Shown: positions 1-10,471, numbered from the stretch's first letter. The stretch is 64,000 nucleotides of DNA from Candidatus Cloacimonadales bacterium (GCA_963678315.1 OY782781.1:1152001-1216000), one strand, 5' to 3'. Translations and numbers: made by a program. Notes: generated by a model from the letters alone, not told the origin.

Positions 1-338
1 AAGTAAGCTCCAGCTGTTACATTTGTGTCTGTAAAAGAGTTTTCATTTACATCTAAAATAGTATTACCTGTAGTTATAAGTTGATAAGTACCGTCATAAG
101 AACGTGATCTATATATAAAATATCCATCAGCTTCATTGTTTGTAAGCTCAACCCAACTCAATCTAACCCATTTCGTTATTGCATTATAGCCACTTGCAGA
201 AGCTTCTAAATTTGTTACTAATGGAGGAGCGACTATGTTTCCATTTTCAGGATCAAGTGGATTGTCTCTATCTAAACCACAGCTGATAATTGATAAGACC
301 AATGATATAAGCAAAAGTAATTTAAATATTATTTTCAT
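1..338 (-). CDS. Partial CDS (runs off window start): lipoprotein with FN3-like domain
   Basis: Not in ORF track. Translated by hand from ATG at 338 (TAATG overlap with upstream stop): MKIIFKLLLLISLVLSIISCGLDRDNPLDP...VRLSW...GYFIYRS; lipobox-like IISC. Confidence 0.75.
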   Translation of the reverse strand, partial: MKIIFKLLLLISLVLSIISCGLDRDNPLDPENGNIVAPPLVTNLEASASGYNAITKWVRLSWVELTNNEADGYFIYRSRSYDGTYQLITTGNTILDVNENSFTDTNVTAGAY

Positions 339-922
339 TAGAACCTCACTTCAATTCCATTAGGCTTAATTGACACATTATTAAAATGTTCTTGCATCAA
401 TGAATCCCACAGATTAGCATTATAGTTTTCTGTACTTTCAGCTATATCATAAATACTATAAAGCCATACTAAAGCATAAGCAACAAAGAATATTGAAGCT
501 GTAGTATAATGCTCAGATGCTTTATCATAATTGCTGTTAATTTCATTTATTTGAGTAGCATTTTTATACTTATCGTAGTAGTCGTTTGATCGTGTTATGA
601 AATAGAAACCAGCTCCAGCAAGAATAAGCTCAGAAGTTAAGAATACATGTCCTTTATTATATGATTCAATAGAATAATGTCCCCAACCAGGAAATATAGC
701 TGTTTTTGCTATATTTTCAGTAATAGACTTCTCTTTTAGTTCATATAATTGCAGCATATCTCTTCTTGCTTTTAATTCTTGTCTATAGAAGTTTCTTTCT
801 TGGAAATCATCCCATTCGTACTTCTTAGGATTGGAAAATTGCTCAATATTAAATCCTTGGGCTGTTAGATGAAAGCAAAAAAGAAGTATCAGGAATGTAG
901 AAATTATCTTTTTAATTATCAT
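338..922 (-). CDS. Exported/membrane protein, DUF5683-like
   Basis: Signal peptide from ATG 922 (MIIKKIISTFL), FPGWGHY motif, two hydrophobic segments, ends in VRF. Confidence 0.55.
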   Translation of the reverse strand: MIIKKIISTFLILLFCFHLTAQGFNIEQFSNPKKYEWDDFQERNFYRQELKARRDMLQLYELKEKSITENIAKTAIFPGWGHYSIESYNKGHVFLTSELILAGAGFYFITRSNDYYDKYKNATQINEINSNYDKASEHYTTASIFFVAYALVWLYSIYDIAESTENYNANLWDSLMQEHFNNVSIKPNGIEVRF

Positions 923-2444
923 CTTTATCATCCTTTTTCTTACCTTCATTATCATCTTTTTCTATGAAGAGTTTTCCTTCAAGAGCATGTATTGATAGTT
1001 TATTCAATCCTTTTATTTCCTTATTTCTTAGGTTAACTAGCCATTTGAAGTAATATTTATCATTCTGGCTAGTAATGGTATATCTTGCTTCGAAATTATG
1101 TTTACCGAAAGAAAGCATAACTTCCCAACCATCATCGTTAATGTCATTACCTTCATTATTAGTTTTAGCAAGTTTCTTAGCCTCATTTATAGGCTTTTGT
1201 ACAATATTTGATTTATATGCTTTAATAATTTCTAAAGCGAATTTCTCTGGATCTTTATATCTTTGAATGAGGTTTTTAGCTTCCACAATTCTTTGTTGAT
1301 ATGTAGCTAGATTATCTAGATTATAAGCTTTTTGAAGTAACTCAAGAATTTGTTCATATTTTTTGACTTGGTATTTATTTTTTTCAGAAGGACTTATCTT
1401 CCTCTTCATACCTGGAAATATAGTTCTGAGACTTGTTTCTTCATACCTTGTTGCTTTTTGGGCTAATCTTTCAGCTTCTTCAATCTTTGCAATAAACTCA
1501 GTTGTTTGTTCTATTGCTTGGAGAGCTTTTTTATAACCTGGTATAACTGTAAAAGTTTTGTTGAATAACTTAAAAGCACTATCAAAGTCCCTATCTTCAA
1601 CGTATTCATAACCTTTGTCAATATACAAACTAGCAATTTCAACAAGTCTTTTCTCAACATAATCTTGTTGTTGAGGATTGTAATGAACAGCTAGCCTAAA
1701 GAAGTTATCTGCATTTAAGTAGTCGAAAGTAGTAATTAATTTCTCAGCTTTATTAATATATAAATCTGATATAGCATTAGCAATAGGTCGGGTCTTTCCC
1801 ACAGGATAGGAATACATTTCTAAGAGCTTATCAACCCCATCATTTAAATCAATATCATTACAATATTGAATATATGCAGGATGAATTGAATGGATAAGCT
1901 CACGTGATTTTATTTCATAGCTATCATCAGGATATTTTTCATAGAAATCTTTATATAAGTCCCAAGTATTAAGAATTGTTAGCGTATCTTGGCTAAGAGA
2001 CCAGTTAATACGTTCATAATAGATTTGTGGAATAAAGTGTGATGATGGAATCTCAACTAAAATCTTCTTGTAGAAGTTGAAAGCTTCACTTTCTTTATTC
2101 TCAAGAAAGTTTAACTGGGCAAAATCGTAATAGCATCTTGCGAGAAGAGTATCCGCTTGAGCATTATTTGCCAGTATTGAAAATCTAGTTGCTAGAGGTA
2201 AATTCTCTTTATTATATGCTTTGAGTGCTAGTTCATAGTATGATTCACCTCTAATTATCTCAGCTTTTGTTTTAAAAGCTCCATTTTTAGCCTCTTCAAG
2301 GTAAGAATCAATATCTTCTGCCGATATTGCATATTTTCCTCTATCATGACTAGAAATAGCATTGCTAAACCTGTAGGTTTCACATGCTTGTAAAAGTAAT
2401 ACCAGAGAAATTACTATTACTAACTTATAGTATAATTTCTTCAT
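912..2444 (-). CDS. TPR-like helical repeat lipoprotein
   Basis: Lipobox LLQAC; repeated Y/A-patterned helices (AFKLFNKTFTVIPGYKKA). Confidence 0.65.
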   Translation of the reverse strand: MKKLYYKLVIVISLVLLLQACETYRFSNAISSHDRGKYAISAEDIDSYLEEAKNGAFKTKAEIIRGESYYELALKAYNKENLPLATRFSILANNAQADTLLARCYYDFAQLNFLENKESEAFNFYKKILVEIPSSHFIPQIYYERINWSLSQDTLTILNTWDLYKDFYEKYPDDSYEIKSRELIHSIHPAYIQYCNDIDLNDGVDKLLEMYSYPVGKTRPIANAISDLYINKAEKLITTFDYLNADNFFRLAVHYNPQQQDYVEKRLVEIASLYIDKGYEYVEDRDFDSAFKLFNKTFTVIPGYKKALQAIEQTTEFIAKIEEAERLAQKATRYEETSLRTIFPGMKRKISPSEKNKYQVKKYEQILELLQKAYNLDNLATYQQRIVEAKNLIQRYKDPEKFALEIIKAYKSNIVQKPINEAKKLAKTNNEGNDINDDGWEVMLSFGKHNFEARYTITSQNDKYYFKWLVNLRNKEIKGLNKLSIHALEGKLFIEKDDNEGKKKDDKDDN

Positions 2445-3162
2445 TCTCTTTAACCAACCTTGTATTTATACTTAAAATATCTTTAAACTTATTCATAAAT
2501 TCATCATAATCCCCATGTGTAATATAGATAGAATACTTACCTTCATTTGCAAGATTGATTATAGATTCTCTTGAAGGGTGAATCCCGTCAAGAATAATAA
2601 CATCACAAGTAGGAATTAACATTTCAATATCCTTCATTGAGTTAATATCGCAAGAGAGCAACATTTTTCTATTCTTTTGTTTTATGATGAAAGAATAAGC
2701 TTTCATTGAATTCGTATATTTATGACTATCAATAATATTCCTATATCCAACTAAATGATTATTAAGACTTGGATAAATCCCAAATTCTTCAAATGAGCTC
2801 CTATCGTATTCTTGAATAATTAATTTAAATTTATATCTTTCTTGAAACATATATAGAGTTGAAAAGAAATTTTTAATTGATTCTGAACTCTCAGGCAAGT
2901 ATAAATAGAGATCTTTTGTTCTTTTATAAAGGTATAATGATTGTATTAAATTAAAGATTCCTGAGAAATGGTCAGGATGTAAATGGGAAATAATGATGGC
3001 ATCAATTTGATTTTCCATTAAACCAAGTTTTAAAAGTTTTTGAGTAGTACCCTCTCCGCAATCAATTAAAAATAAAGCTTTATCTAACTCAAGTAGATAT
3101 GAGGTATGAGATTTGTCTAAAAGAGATTTTCCCGGGGCAGTACCTAATATCTTTAATTTCAT
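2425..3162 (-). CDS. Metallo-beta-lactamase fold hydrolase, RNase Z-like
   Basis: MKLKILGT start, LIDCGEG, SHLHPDH metal motif, C-terminal ITH. Confidence 0.8.
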   Translation of the reverse strand: MKLKILGTAPGKSLLDKSHTSYLLELDKALFLIDCGEGTTQKLLKLGLMENQIDAIIISHLHPDHFSGIFNLIQSLYLYKRTKDLYLYLPESSESIKNFFSTLYMFQERYKFKLIIQEYDRSSFEEFGIYPSLNNHLVGYRNIIDSHKYTNSMKAYSFIIKQKNRKMLLSCDINSMKDIEMLIPTCDVIILDGIHPSRESIINLANEGKYSIYITHGDYDEFMNKFKDILSINTRLVKENEEIIL

Positions 3163-3163
3163 G

Positions 3164-4318
3164 TTATTTCTTTTTGATTTGGTTAGCAGGTATTTCAACT
3201 TCCACAGAGTACAGTTTTACTGCGAATATTATATAGGATATTAAGCAGATTCCAAAAGTGAAGAGTAGGACTTGTGTCTTGCCAGAAATAGTAATTAATA
3301 TAGTAAGAATCACAGCTATTAGATTAATTATATATGCCATACAAGCTGTTATCTTTACTGATTGAAGAACATTTTTCATTCTGTGGGTTGTATGATCTTT
3401 TCCACCTTGTAGAATGTATCTTCCATCCTTCTTTCTTGTAATACTAACAAAGCATATATCAAAGATTGCATAAGAAATCAGTACAACAGGAAGCAAGTAA
3501 AACCATTTACTATTAAATTCTATAGAAGCAAAGTTTGCCATTAGAATACCCATACTTGAAAGAAAATACCCTATAAACATAGAACCGGCATCGCCTAGGA
3601 ATATCTTGGCAGGATTGAAGTTATGGAATAAAAATCCTAATAATGATCCTGAATAAGATAAAGAGATAAGCCCCATTAGTCCTAACCACATTGCTGAATT
3701 AGCATTTGATGGACTAATAATAATGGAAAAAGCAAAGAATCCTAAACCCAGAATAGCAGATATACCAGATATCATTCCATCCATATTATCAAGGAAATTT
3801 GTAGCGTTCATGAGCCCTATCATCCAAATAAATAAGATAGGTATAGAAAAGTAATTATTGAACATTATCTCAGTAGGAAATGTAACTATAGGAATCTCCA
3901 TACCATTAAGAAAAGCTGGTGCTATCCACTTTATTACTCCAAAATTCGAGGCAATAAATAGTCCACAAGCTACGAATTGTCCTAGCATTTTTGTTTTAGG
4001 TTTCATCCCAAACTTGTCATCAATCAAACCAACGATTACTATAACTAAAGCACCTAAAAGATAGCCTGTTAGCCGAACATCAAAGAGCCTATTTGCTACA
4101 ATAATCACATCATAGATAAGTAAAATTGAGAATCCTGTAAAAACACTTAATCCACCCATTAAAGGAATAGCTTTTTTGTGGATTTTTCTAGCATTAGGGT
4201 TATCCACAAAATTGATTTTAAGAGCTAACTTAATAATCAAAGGGGTAAGTGCATAGACAAACAGAAATGAAAAAACAAAAACACCGATATATTCTAAAAT
4301 TATATTATAATTACTCAT
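3164..4318 (-). CDS. wecA: Undecaprenyl-phosphate GlcNAc-1-phosphate transferase (MraY/WecA/TagO family)
   Basis: Polytopic; RKIH..P.MGG, GLIDD, NATNFLDNMDG, FNPAKIFLGDAGS, DHTTHR. Confidence 0.85.
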   Translation of the reverse strand: MSNYNIILEYIGVFVFSFLFVYALTPLIIKLALKINFVDNPNARKIHKKAIPLMGGLSVFTGFSILLIYDVIIVANRLFDVRLTGYLLGALVIVIVGLIDDKFGMKPKTKMLGQFVACGLFIASNFGVIKWIAPAFLNGMEIPIVTFPTEIMFNNYFSIPILFIWMIGLMNATNFLDNMDGMISGISAILGLGFFAFSIIISPSNANSAMWLGLMGLISLSYSGSLLGFLFHNFNPAKIFLGDAGSMFIGYFLSSMGILMANFASIEFNSKWFYLLPVVLISYAIFDICFVSITRKKDGRYILQGGKDHTTHRMKNVLQSVKITACMAYIINLIAVILTILITISGKTQVLLFTFGICLISYIIFAVKLYSVEVEIPANQIKKK

Positions 4319-4457
4319 GACAAACCTTTTACTTAATTTGTACTAAATTATCTTATTAATCCTTTTTGTCAAAGTTAAAATTACTATATGATATAATATA
4401 CTGTCTGAACTGCAATTAATACTTTAGCTTGAAGAGTTAAGGTATCTAGGAAATAGT

Positions 4458-4726
4458 GAAGTTTGCTCATGCTTAGGCAAAAGTTAAACCGAGATATTGA
4501 TTATCCAAATCCCATGATTTCAATCATGGGATTTGGATAATTTACCCTTTCAGGGCTATTCAATTTGTGAACTATTACATGGAGGACAAGCCTCCATGCT
4601 TAGTATATGCCACCCCTTCGGGGTTAATTCCTCAATCCCTGCCTGTCGGTAGACAGGTAACTCCTAACTGCCATATTGCCCATGCACCTCTTGCATAAAA
4701 AGCAGATTTAATGCAGGAGGCCCAAG
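4458..4726 (-). repeat. REP-like mosaic cluster A
   Basis: Perfect 20-bp-stem hairpin 4500-4541; 4571-4625 near-identical to parts of clusters E and F; leader-type hairpin 4684-4726. Confidence 0.85.
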
Positions 4727-4760
4727 AGGAAGCAGTAGAGTTTAAGTCAACAAATAAGGA

Positions 4761-5765
4761 TTAAACCTCAACCTTTAAGTCTCTAAGCATGAGATTTGTA
4801 ATGACTTCTTTAGGACTGGAGTCTTCTGTAAGCAATCTATATACGCTTTCTACTATTGGCATTTCTACATTATGTTTTCGGGCTAACATGAAGGTAGTAT
4901 AGGTTGCTGGAACACCTTCTGCTACCATTGGCATACTAGCAATAATGTCCTCAAGTTTTTTACCTAAACCAAGTTGTTCTCCTACATATCTATTTCTACT
5001 ATGTCTAGAAATAGCGGTAGTAATCAAATCACCCATCCCAGCCAATCCATCTAATGTCTCTGATTTAGCTCCCATAGCAAGGGCTAATCTTTTGATTTCT
5101 ACGTTACCTCTAGTAAGCAAAGCACCTAAAGTGTTATCTCCAAAGCCTAGACCATAAATGATACCTGCAGCTAAAGCAATAACATTCTTGATTGCTCCTC
5201 CAAGTTCAACTCCAATAAGATCTTGAGTAATATATACTCTGAAATAATGGTTGCTAAACACTTGTTGGAAAAGCTTTAATAATTCTAGGTTCTCTCCAGC
5301 AATGGTTACTGTAGTTGGTAAACCTGAAGCTACTTCTTCAGCATGGCTAGGTCCTGATAAGGCACATATTTTATTATTAAATCTTGCTGGAAGTTCTTTC
5401 TTAATCATATCAGAAAGAATTTCTCCAGTATTATGATTGTAGCCTTTGGCAAGGTTTATGATTCCTTCAAGACATGTTAGTTGTTCAACAAAAGGAAAAA
5501 TCTTCTTTAACGTCTCTTCTAAGAATGAAGAAGGGGTTGCTAAAATAATTGCTTGCGTATCAAGAGTTATTACCTCTGAAATGTTATTAGAAACAAGAGC
5601 TTCTATTTTTACTCCAGGAAGATATTTACTATTCTCTTTGGTATTTCTAATTTCCTCTACGTCTTGAAGGCTGTATTCCCAAATTCTTACATTGTTATTA
5701 TTATCATGGAGCAGCTTTGAGATTGCTAATCCCCAGCTTCCTCCACCAATTATTGCTATATTCAT
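4761..5765 (-). CDS. gpsA: NAD(P)H-dependent glycerol-3-phosphate dehydrogenase
   Basis: GGGSWG, LSGPSHAEE, GGAIKNVIA, GMGDLITT, SRNR, VAEG. Confidence 0.96.
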   Translation of the reverse strand: MNIAIIGGGSWGLAISKLLHDNNNNVRIWEYSLQDVEEIRNTKENSKYLPGVKIEALVSNNISEVITLDTQAIILATPSSFLEETLKKIFPFVEQLTCLEGIINLAKGYNHNTGEILSDMIKKELPARFNNKICALSGPSHAEEVASGLPTTVTIAGENLELLKLFQQVFSNHYFRVYITQDLIGVELGGAIKNVIALAAGIIYGLGFGDNTLGALLTRGNVEIKRLALAMGAKSETLDGLAGMGDLITTAISRHSRNRYVGEQLGLGKKLEDIIASMPMVAEGVPATYTTFMLARKHNVEMPIVESVYRLLTEDSSPKEVITNLMLRDLKVEV

Positions 5766-5831
5766 AATTAAATTCCTTTCACAGTAAATAATGTTTAATT
5801 GGATTATCCTAGAATTTCAATCATATAATAC

Positions 5832-5863
5832 AAAAATCGAGATTGTAAGTATATTACAATCTC
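5832..5863 (-). terminator. Intrinsic terminator after pgs operon
   Basis: GAGATTGTAA/TTACAATCTC 10-bp stem followed by T-run on minus strand. Confidence 0.65.
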
Positions 5864-5896
5864 AATAAAATTATATCTTGATTATCTGAAAAATGA

Positions 5897-6175
5897 TTAG
5901 ATTATATCATCATCGTCATCATCAAAATCAAGGTCATCATCGTCAAGAATCCAGTCAGGAGCGAAGCTTACATCTTCTTCATAGTCCCAACCATCAACAT
6001 TCTCAAGTCCGAATCTATTTAGTAAGTCTTCTTCCCAGATAGTATATCCAACTTTGGTGTTTTTAATAGTCCAAACTAAGACTGGATGTGTGAACCTTCT
6101 TAAGTCCACTTTTTCATTCTCAATTAAATATAGAAACTCTTTTATCTTTTCTTTTCTAGCTTCTTTCTTAAACAT
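5897..6175 (-). CDS. Small hypothetical protein with acidic tail
   Basis: 92 aa ORF, RBS-like AGGT, Asp-rich C-terminus. Confidence 0.6.
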   Translation of the reverse strand: MFKKEARKEKIKEFLYLIENEKVDLRRFTHPVLVWTIKNTKVGYTIWEEDLLNRFGLENVDGWDYEEDVSFAPDWILDDDDLDFDDDDDDII

Positions 6176-6193
6176 TATAATTACCTACCATCA

Positions 6194-7192
6194 TTAAAAT
6201 TTTATTGGAAGTTCAAAGTTTAACGATATTTGATTTTCAGTATAAGTTTTATCGTCTTCTACACTTTGTGTTTCGGAGGTCACATTTCTAGATTTATAAG
6301 TATAGTCAAGTGTAATATTGAAAAGGTTTCTTAAGTAAAATTTAACACTAGGACTTACAGATGTTATATAATCTTCTCTACCACTATGGAACTTGTCATA
6401 ACCATCATAGAATCTAGATTCATAACTAAAATCTAGAACAGGTCTATAACTGAACAAAGAAGTCTTAATCTTTTTAAATCTGAGTTGTCCCTTGTAAATA
6501 TTAGATTCATAAGATGCATCTGAGACTGCATCTTCTTCTGTAATATCTTCATCTGTTTCGAAAGAACGGTAATAGTACCAGCCGATTAAATACAATTCTG
6601 ACATTGAGTATTTCAAACCTATACCAGGAGTTAAAGCTTTACCATCATACTCAGTGAAGAATTCATTATGATAGTATTCATCATATTTTAAATATCCAAG
6701 AAGGTATAACTTTCTGCTAAGACGATACTGTGCATCAAGCTTGTATAGGTTCTTATCATATTCAAACATTTCATACTCTTCAGTGCCATCTTTATCTTGA
6801 TATTGTCTTACATAGTTATCAGGGTAATAGCCATAAAAGAAATCTAAGTCTAAGTTCTTATATCCAAAGCCTAGACCTGCTCCAAGCATGTACTTGGATT
6901 TATCTGTGTTTTTAAGATAAGCTTGATAATTACCTTTTACTGTGAAATGATAACCAAATTTTCCTATATTATCTCTATAGAAAACTGATGCTTCAGTCTG
7001 GTTTATCAAATCATCTCTTGTTTCAATATAAGAGAACTTATCATGACCATCTTCGTGACTATCAATGTCATCTTCTGATAGTTGGAAGACGTTGTCAGTA
7101 TATGTTGAATGGTTTTTAAGTGTGAGAGAGAAATTTCCATACAACAATAAACTAGAAAGTACTAAGATTAATATTAACGTAACTTTCTTCAT
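6194..7192 (-). CDS. Putative outer-membrane beta-barrel protein
   Basis: Signal peptide, Tyr-rich alternating beta-strand pattern, C-terminal ISLNFELPIKF ending in Phe. Confidence 0.7.
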   Translation of the reverse strand: MKKVTLILILVLSSLLLYGNFSLTLKNHSTYTDNVFQLSEDDIDSHEDGHDKFSYIETRDDLINQTEASVFYRDNIGKFGYHFTVKGNYQAYLKNTDKSKYMLGAGLGFGYKNLDLDFFYGYYPDNYVRQYQDKDGTEEYEMFEYDKNLYKLDAQYRLSRKLYLLGYLKYDEYYHNEFFTEYDGKALTPGIGLKYSMSELYLIGWYYYRSFETDEDITEEDAVSDASYESNIYKGQLRFKKIKTSLFSYRPVLDFSYESRFYDGYDKFHSGREDYITSVSPSVKFYLRNLFNITLDYTYKSRNVTSETQSVEDDKTYTENQISLNFELPIKF

Positions 7193-7701
7193 GATTTAAG
7201 TTCCTCTTGTTTGAGAATTATTCTATTAGTATTTTCAGGAGCAATTTTCTTAATATACATTCTAACTAAAACAGGGTTTTTATGGTTGGTTATCAATTCA
7301 ATCTTAGTTTTTGTTAAACTAGGAGTAATGTATATTTTCTTTGCTCTAGAAAGATCAACATACTTTTCAGAAGTAAATTTAATTGATTTAGAAGTGTCGA
7401 CACTGAGAATCATACTTAATGTTCCATTAAGTTTAACATTAAGATCAGGCTCGATAGATTCATCAGCAATTGTTCTTACAAAACCATAAGCCTCATAGCC
7501 TTCAGGAACCTCGTACTCCAATGTTGTTCCTTCTGATAGTACAAAATAATCTCTACCAGTATCAGTCTTGGTGTTTATTACATTGACTGATTCACATTGA
7601 TTAATTGGTTTGAGATGCTTAGATTTAATCTTCTTATTGTTATTCGCTAGCAAAGAACTTGCTAATACTAATAATATTAATAAAAACGATAACTTTTTCA
7701 T
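7189..7701 (-). CDS. Secreted/periplasmic hypothetical protein
   Basis: Sec signal MKKLSFLLILLVLASSLLA; translationally coupled within pgs operon. Confidence 0.65.
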   Translation of the reverse strand: MKKLSFLLILLVLASSLLANNNKKIKSKHLKPINQCESVNVINTKTDTGRDYFVLSEGTTLEYEVPEGYEAYGFVRTIADESIEPDLNVKLNGTLSMILSVDTSKSIKFTSEKYVDLSRAKKIYITPSLTKTKIELITNHKNPVLVRMYIKKIAPENTNRIILKQEELKS

Positions 7702-7702
7702 G

Positions 7703-8782
7703 TTAGTCCTCGTTATGTCCTACTAAATTAGCCATGAAATGTCTATCTGAACGGTCAAATCTAACTACAACAGCAATCGCAATTAATAATATAATTAGAC
7801 CGATAATTGCAAAAGTAAGACTGTATCCGTAAATAATACCTTTACCAAGCTCATCCATATCTTCACCATCATTGGCAAAGTAATATTTCTCGAATGTATC
7901 ATTACCCTTGAACATGTGAATTACAGGTACTTCCTTTTCAGAGAAATAATTTAACACACCTGATCTTTCAAGTTCAGGAAGCTTATTATTTACACCTTCT
8001 TTAAGTAGATTAGCAGAAACCACTGAACCTACGTTAGCTACTGCACCACCGATATTAATGAATGCTTTGTATTCTTTTCCTTTCGGAAGAGCTTGTTCAT
8101 ACATTTTAATTCTTGAAGAATTACCTTCAACTAATTGCAGACCTTTGTTTGAAATAATGTCAACAAGAAGTTCTTTTCCTTCGCTGTTCAAACCAGCAGC
8201 CACGTCACGATTACCACCTCTAGAAGCACAGTAAGATTTAATACCAGTTTCTGGGTAGATTGCTTCTTCCATGTCAAGCCAAGTAAGGTTAATATTACTT
8301 GCACCAAATCTTGAAGAACTTAATGCTGTGATAACCACAGGATTTAAACCATATTCTTTAATAGCTGAATATAAAGCAATGTTAATTGCTGGACTAGCAC
8401 CAGAAACACCAACAGCTACATAATCACCAGCTTGAAGATTTGCTTCGTCAAACCATTTGATAAATACAGCTGGTAAGTTAGGATTTAGTGCTCTTCTTTT
8501 TTCTGATAAGACACCTCTAGATGTAACGATAGGACTTGTTTCAGGTCCAATAATACCTTCTTTATCTGGGTCAATCTTCTTATCCCATACTGCTTTATCT
8601 GCTTTTAATAATTTATTGAATTCTGCTGTTACTTTGTTTACAGAACGTTGCATTCTTTCACCAGCAGCTTTTTGTTGGTCAAATAAGTTACCATTACTTA
8701 AACTAATAATAAATAATATTAGAATTGATAGAATTGACAGTGCAATTAATGAAAAGTTTGTTCTTAATGATGGTCTAAACAT
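7703..8782 (-). CDS. pgsW: Poly-gamma-glutamate system protein (PgsW-like)
   Basis: Follows pgsC; GIIG...IVTSRG.L..K, VAVGVSGASPAIN, SSRFGA, FINIGG; N- and C-terminal TM helices. Confidence 0.8.
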   Translation of the reverse strand: MFRPSLRTNFSLIALSILSILILFIISLSNGNLFDQQKAAGERMQRSVNKVTAEFNKLLKADKAVWDKKIDPDKEGIIGPETSPIVTSRGVLSEKRRALNPNLPAVFIKWFDEANLQAGDYVAVGVSGASPAINIALYSAIKEYGLNPVVITALSSSRFGASNINLTWLDMEEAIYPETGIKSYCASRGGNRDVAAGLNSEGKELLVDIISNKGLQLVEGNSSRIKMYEQALPKGKEYKAFINIGGAVANVGSVVSANLLKEGVNNKLPELERSGVLNYFSEKEVPVIHMFKGNDTFEKYYFANDGEDMDELGKGIIYGYSLTFAIIGLIILLIAIAVVVRFDRSDRHFMANLVGHNED

Positions 8783-9230
8783 GGAAACTTACCTCCCCAC
8801 CTGTTAATCCAGAAATCACCATTAAGGTAATTCTAACTAATACAGCAGCAATAATCATAGTCGCAAATGTTTTAACAACACCTTGACGCTCTAACCAGTT
8901 TGCTATTAGACCTGGGATGATGTAACCAATTGATTCTACATTGAAACTTGAGAATGAAAGTTCCATACCTGAAACTGACCATCCTAAGATGAAACCTATT
9001 AATATACTCAATGCCATTCTTCTTTTTCCGTAAAGGATAGTAAATGAAGAAATTATTCTGATCACAAACCAAGTAGCTAAAGCCACTAAAAGAGTTGTGA
9101 TTATTTGTACAGGACGATCTAAATACAGAGCAATATAGCCAGGTACAACAATACCACCAGCTGAAGCTCCTAATAATTCTGTGAAAATTAAACTAACTAT
9201 TACACCTAAACCAACGGCAGCTTCGACCAT
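8775..9230 (-). CDS. pgsC: Poly-gamma-glutamate biosynthesis protein PgsC/CapC
   Basis: Hydrophobic; SAGGIVVPGYIAL, LYGKRR, IGYIIPGLIANW.ERQG. Confidence 0.93.
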   Translation of the reverse strand: MVEAAVGLGVIVSLIFTELLGASAGGIVVPGYIALYLDRPVQIITTLLVALATWFVIRIISSFTILYGKRRMALSILIGFILGWSVSGMELSFSSFNVESIGYIIPGLIANWLERQGVVKTFATMIIAAVLVRITLMVISGLTGGEVSFHV

Positions 9231-9240
9231 CAATTTCTCC

Positions 9241-10434
9241 TTATTTTATGTTACTTTTTTGTTTTTTTTCAATATGTTTAAAGTGGTTAACGATTTGGGC
9301 ACCGTACTTAACTTTACCCGCTATGTTACCGATTCCAACAATGTGAGCTTCTTTATCAGTAAGCTCAACTATTTTCTCATGTATAACTCTGGTTAAAACT
9401 TCACCAATTTTAATAACTTTTTTCTTATCAATCTTCAAATGAATAGCATGATCATAAGTCTTTTGTGGTGATTCTCCAGTTAGGAGGAGGTAATCAAAAT
9501 TAAGCTTTGTACATACTTCTAATAATTGTTCGGTTCTAAAGAATCTATCAGATCTGGTATTTAGAATAATAAATTTGGTTCCATTTGTTAGATGATCTGT
9601 TATTCTGTGGTATAAGAACTCAGTAGATGCAGGATCATTAGCTGCAAAAACATTGTAGAACATTAATGATTTGTTACCTTCAGTAATCTTATGTTGAGTA
9701 AGAGCACCAGGATCAGGTGTTGCCATCTGCATACCTTTAAGAGCAATGTCTCTAGGAACGCCTACTTGTTCACATACTTTTAAAGCTAGTTGAATATTAT
9801 CTTCATGTTCAATATAAGAGAAGCCCATAAGTTCTTCTTTGCTTATATCTTTAGGTAGAATTTGAGCTAAATCTGTTCCCATTTTGTTAGCTCTTTTCTT
9901 TAACACTTGGAATATTTTTTTGTCATTCTCAGCTGTGTAGCATGTTTTATTTGGAGGGAAGAAGTTAGCTAGGCTATTTGCCACAGATTCAACAGTTTCT
10001 CCCATTTGATCGGTATGATCTAAACGTGCATTAGTAAGAACACCAATAGTTGCTTTGACTAATCTTCTTTCACAAACCCATTGATAAACTGGGTTAACAG
10101 CCATACATTCAATAACAATGGCTTCTGGGTTCATCTTAGCAGTATGTCTAAAAATATATTTCTGCTCAATAATGTTTGCGCCCATAAGTCTAACTATAGC
10201 ACTTTCACGCCCATCTGGATGTATTATTCTAGGTAATGTTCCAGTAGTCTTGGCTACAGTCTTGATATCCCCTGCGCGTAATCCAGCTGCTATCAATCTG
10301 GTTACACTTGATTTACCTCGAGTTCCATTAACATGGATTCTTATTGGTACCTTATTGACATTTTTAAGGTGTCTCGTGTATTCAATAATCCAATAAATAA
10401 CTAAAGAAATAGTTGCTAATATTAAAAATATCAT
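9241..10434 (-). CDS. pgsB: Poly-gamma-glutamate synthase PgsB/CapB
   Basis: RIHVNGTRGKSSVTRLIAAGL, KTTGT, NIIEQ, ECMAV.P, FAANDP.ST, GIGNI. Confidence 0.95.
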   Translation of the reverse strand: MIFLILATISLVIYWIIEYTRHLKNVNKVPIRIHVNGTRGKSSVTRLIAAGLRAGDIKTVAKTTGTLPRIIHPDGRESAIVRLMGANIIEQKYIFRHTAKMNPEAIVIECMAVNPVYQWVCERRLVKATIGVLTNARLDHTDQMGETVESVANSLANFFPPNKTCYTAENDKKIFQVLKKRANKMGTDLAQILPKDISKEELMGFSYIEHEDNIQLALKVCEQVGVPRDIALKGMQMATPDPGALTQHKITEGNKSLMFYNVFAANDPASTEFLYHRITDHLTNGTKFIILNTRSDRFFRTEQLLEVCTKLNFDYLLLTGESPQKTYDHAIHLKIDKKKVIKIGEVLTRVIHEKIVELTDKEAHIVGIGNIAGKVKYGAQIVNHFKHIEKKQKSNIK

Positions 10435-10471
10435 TGAAATCCCTTAATTTAATAATTTTCAATTATATTAA

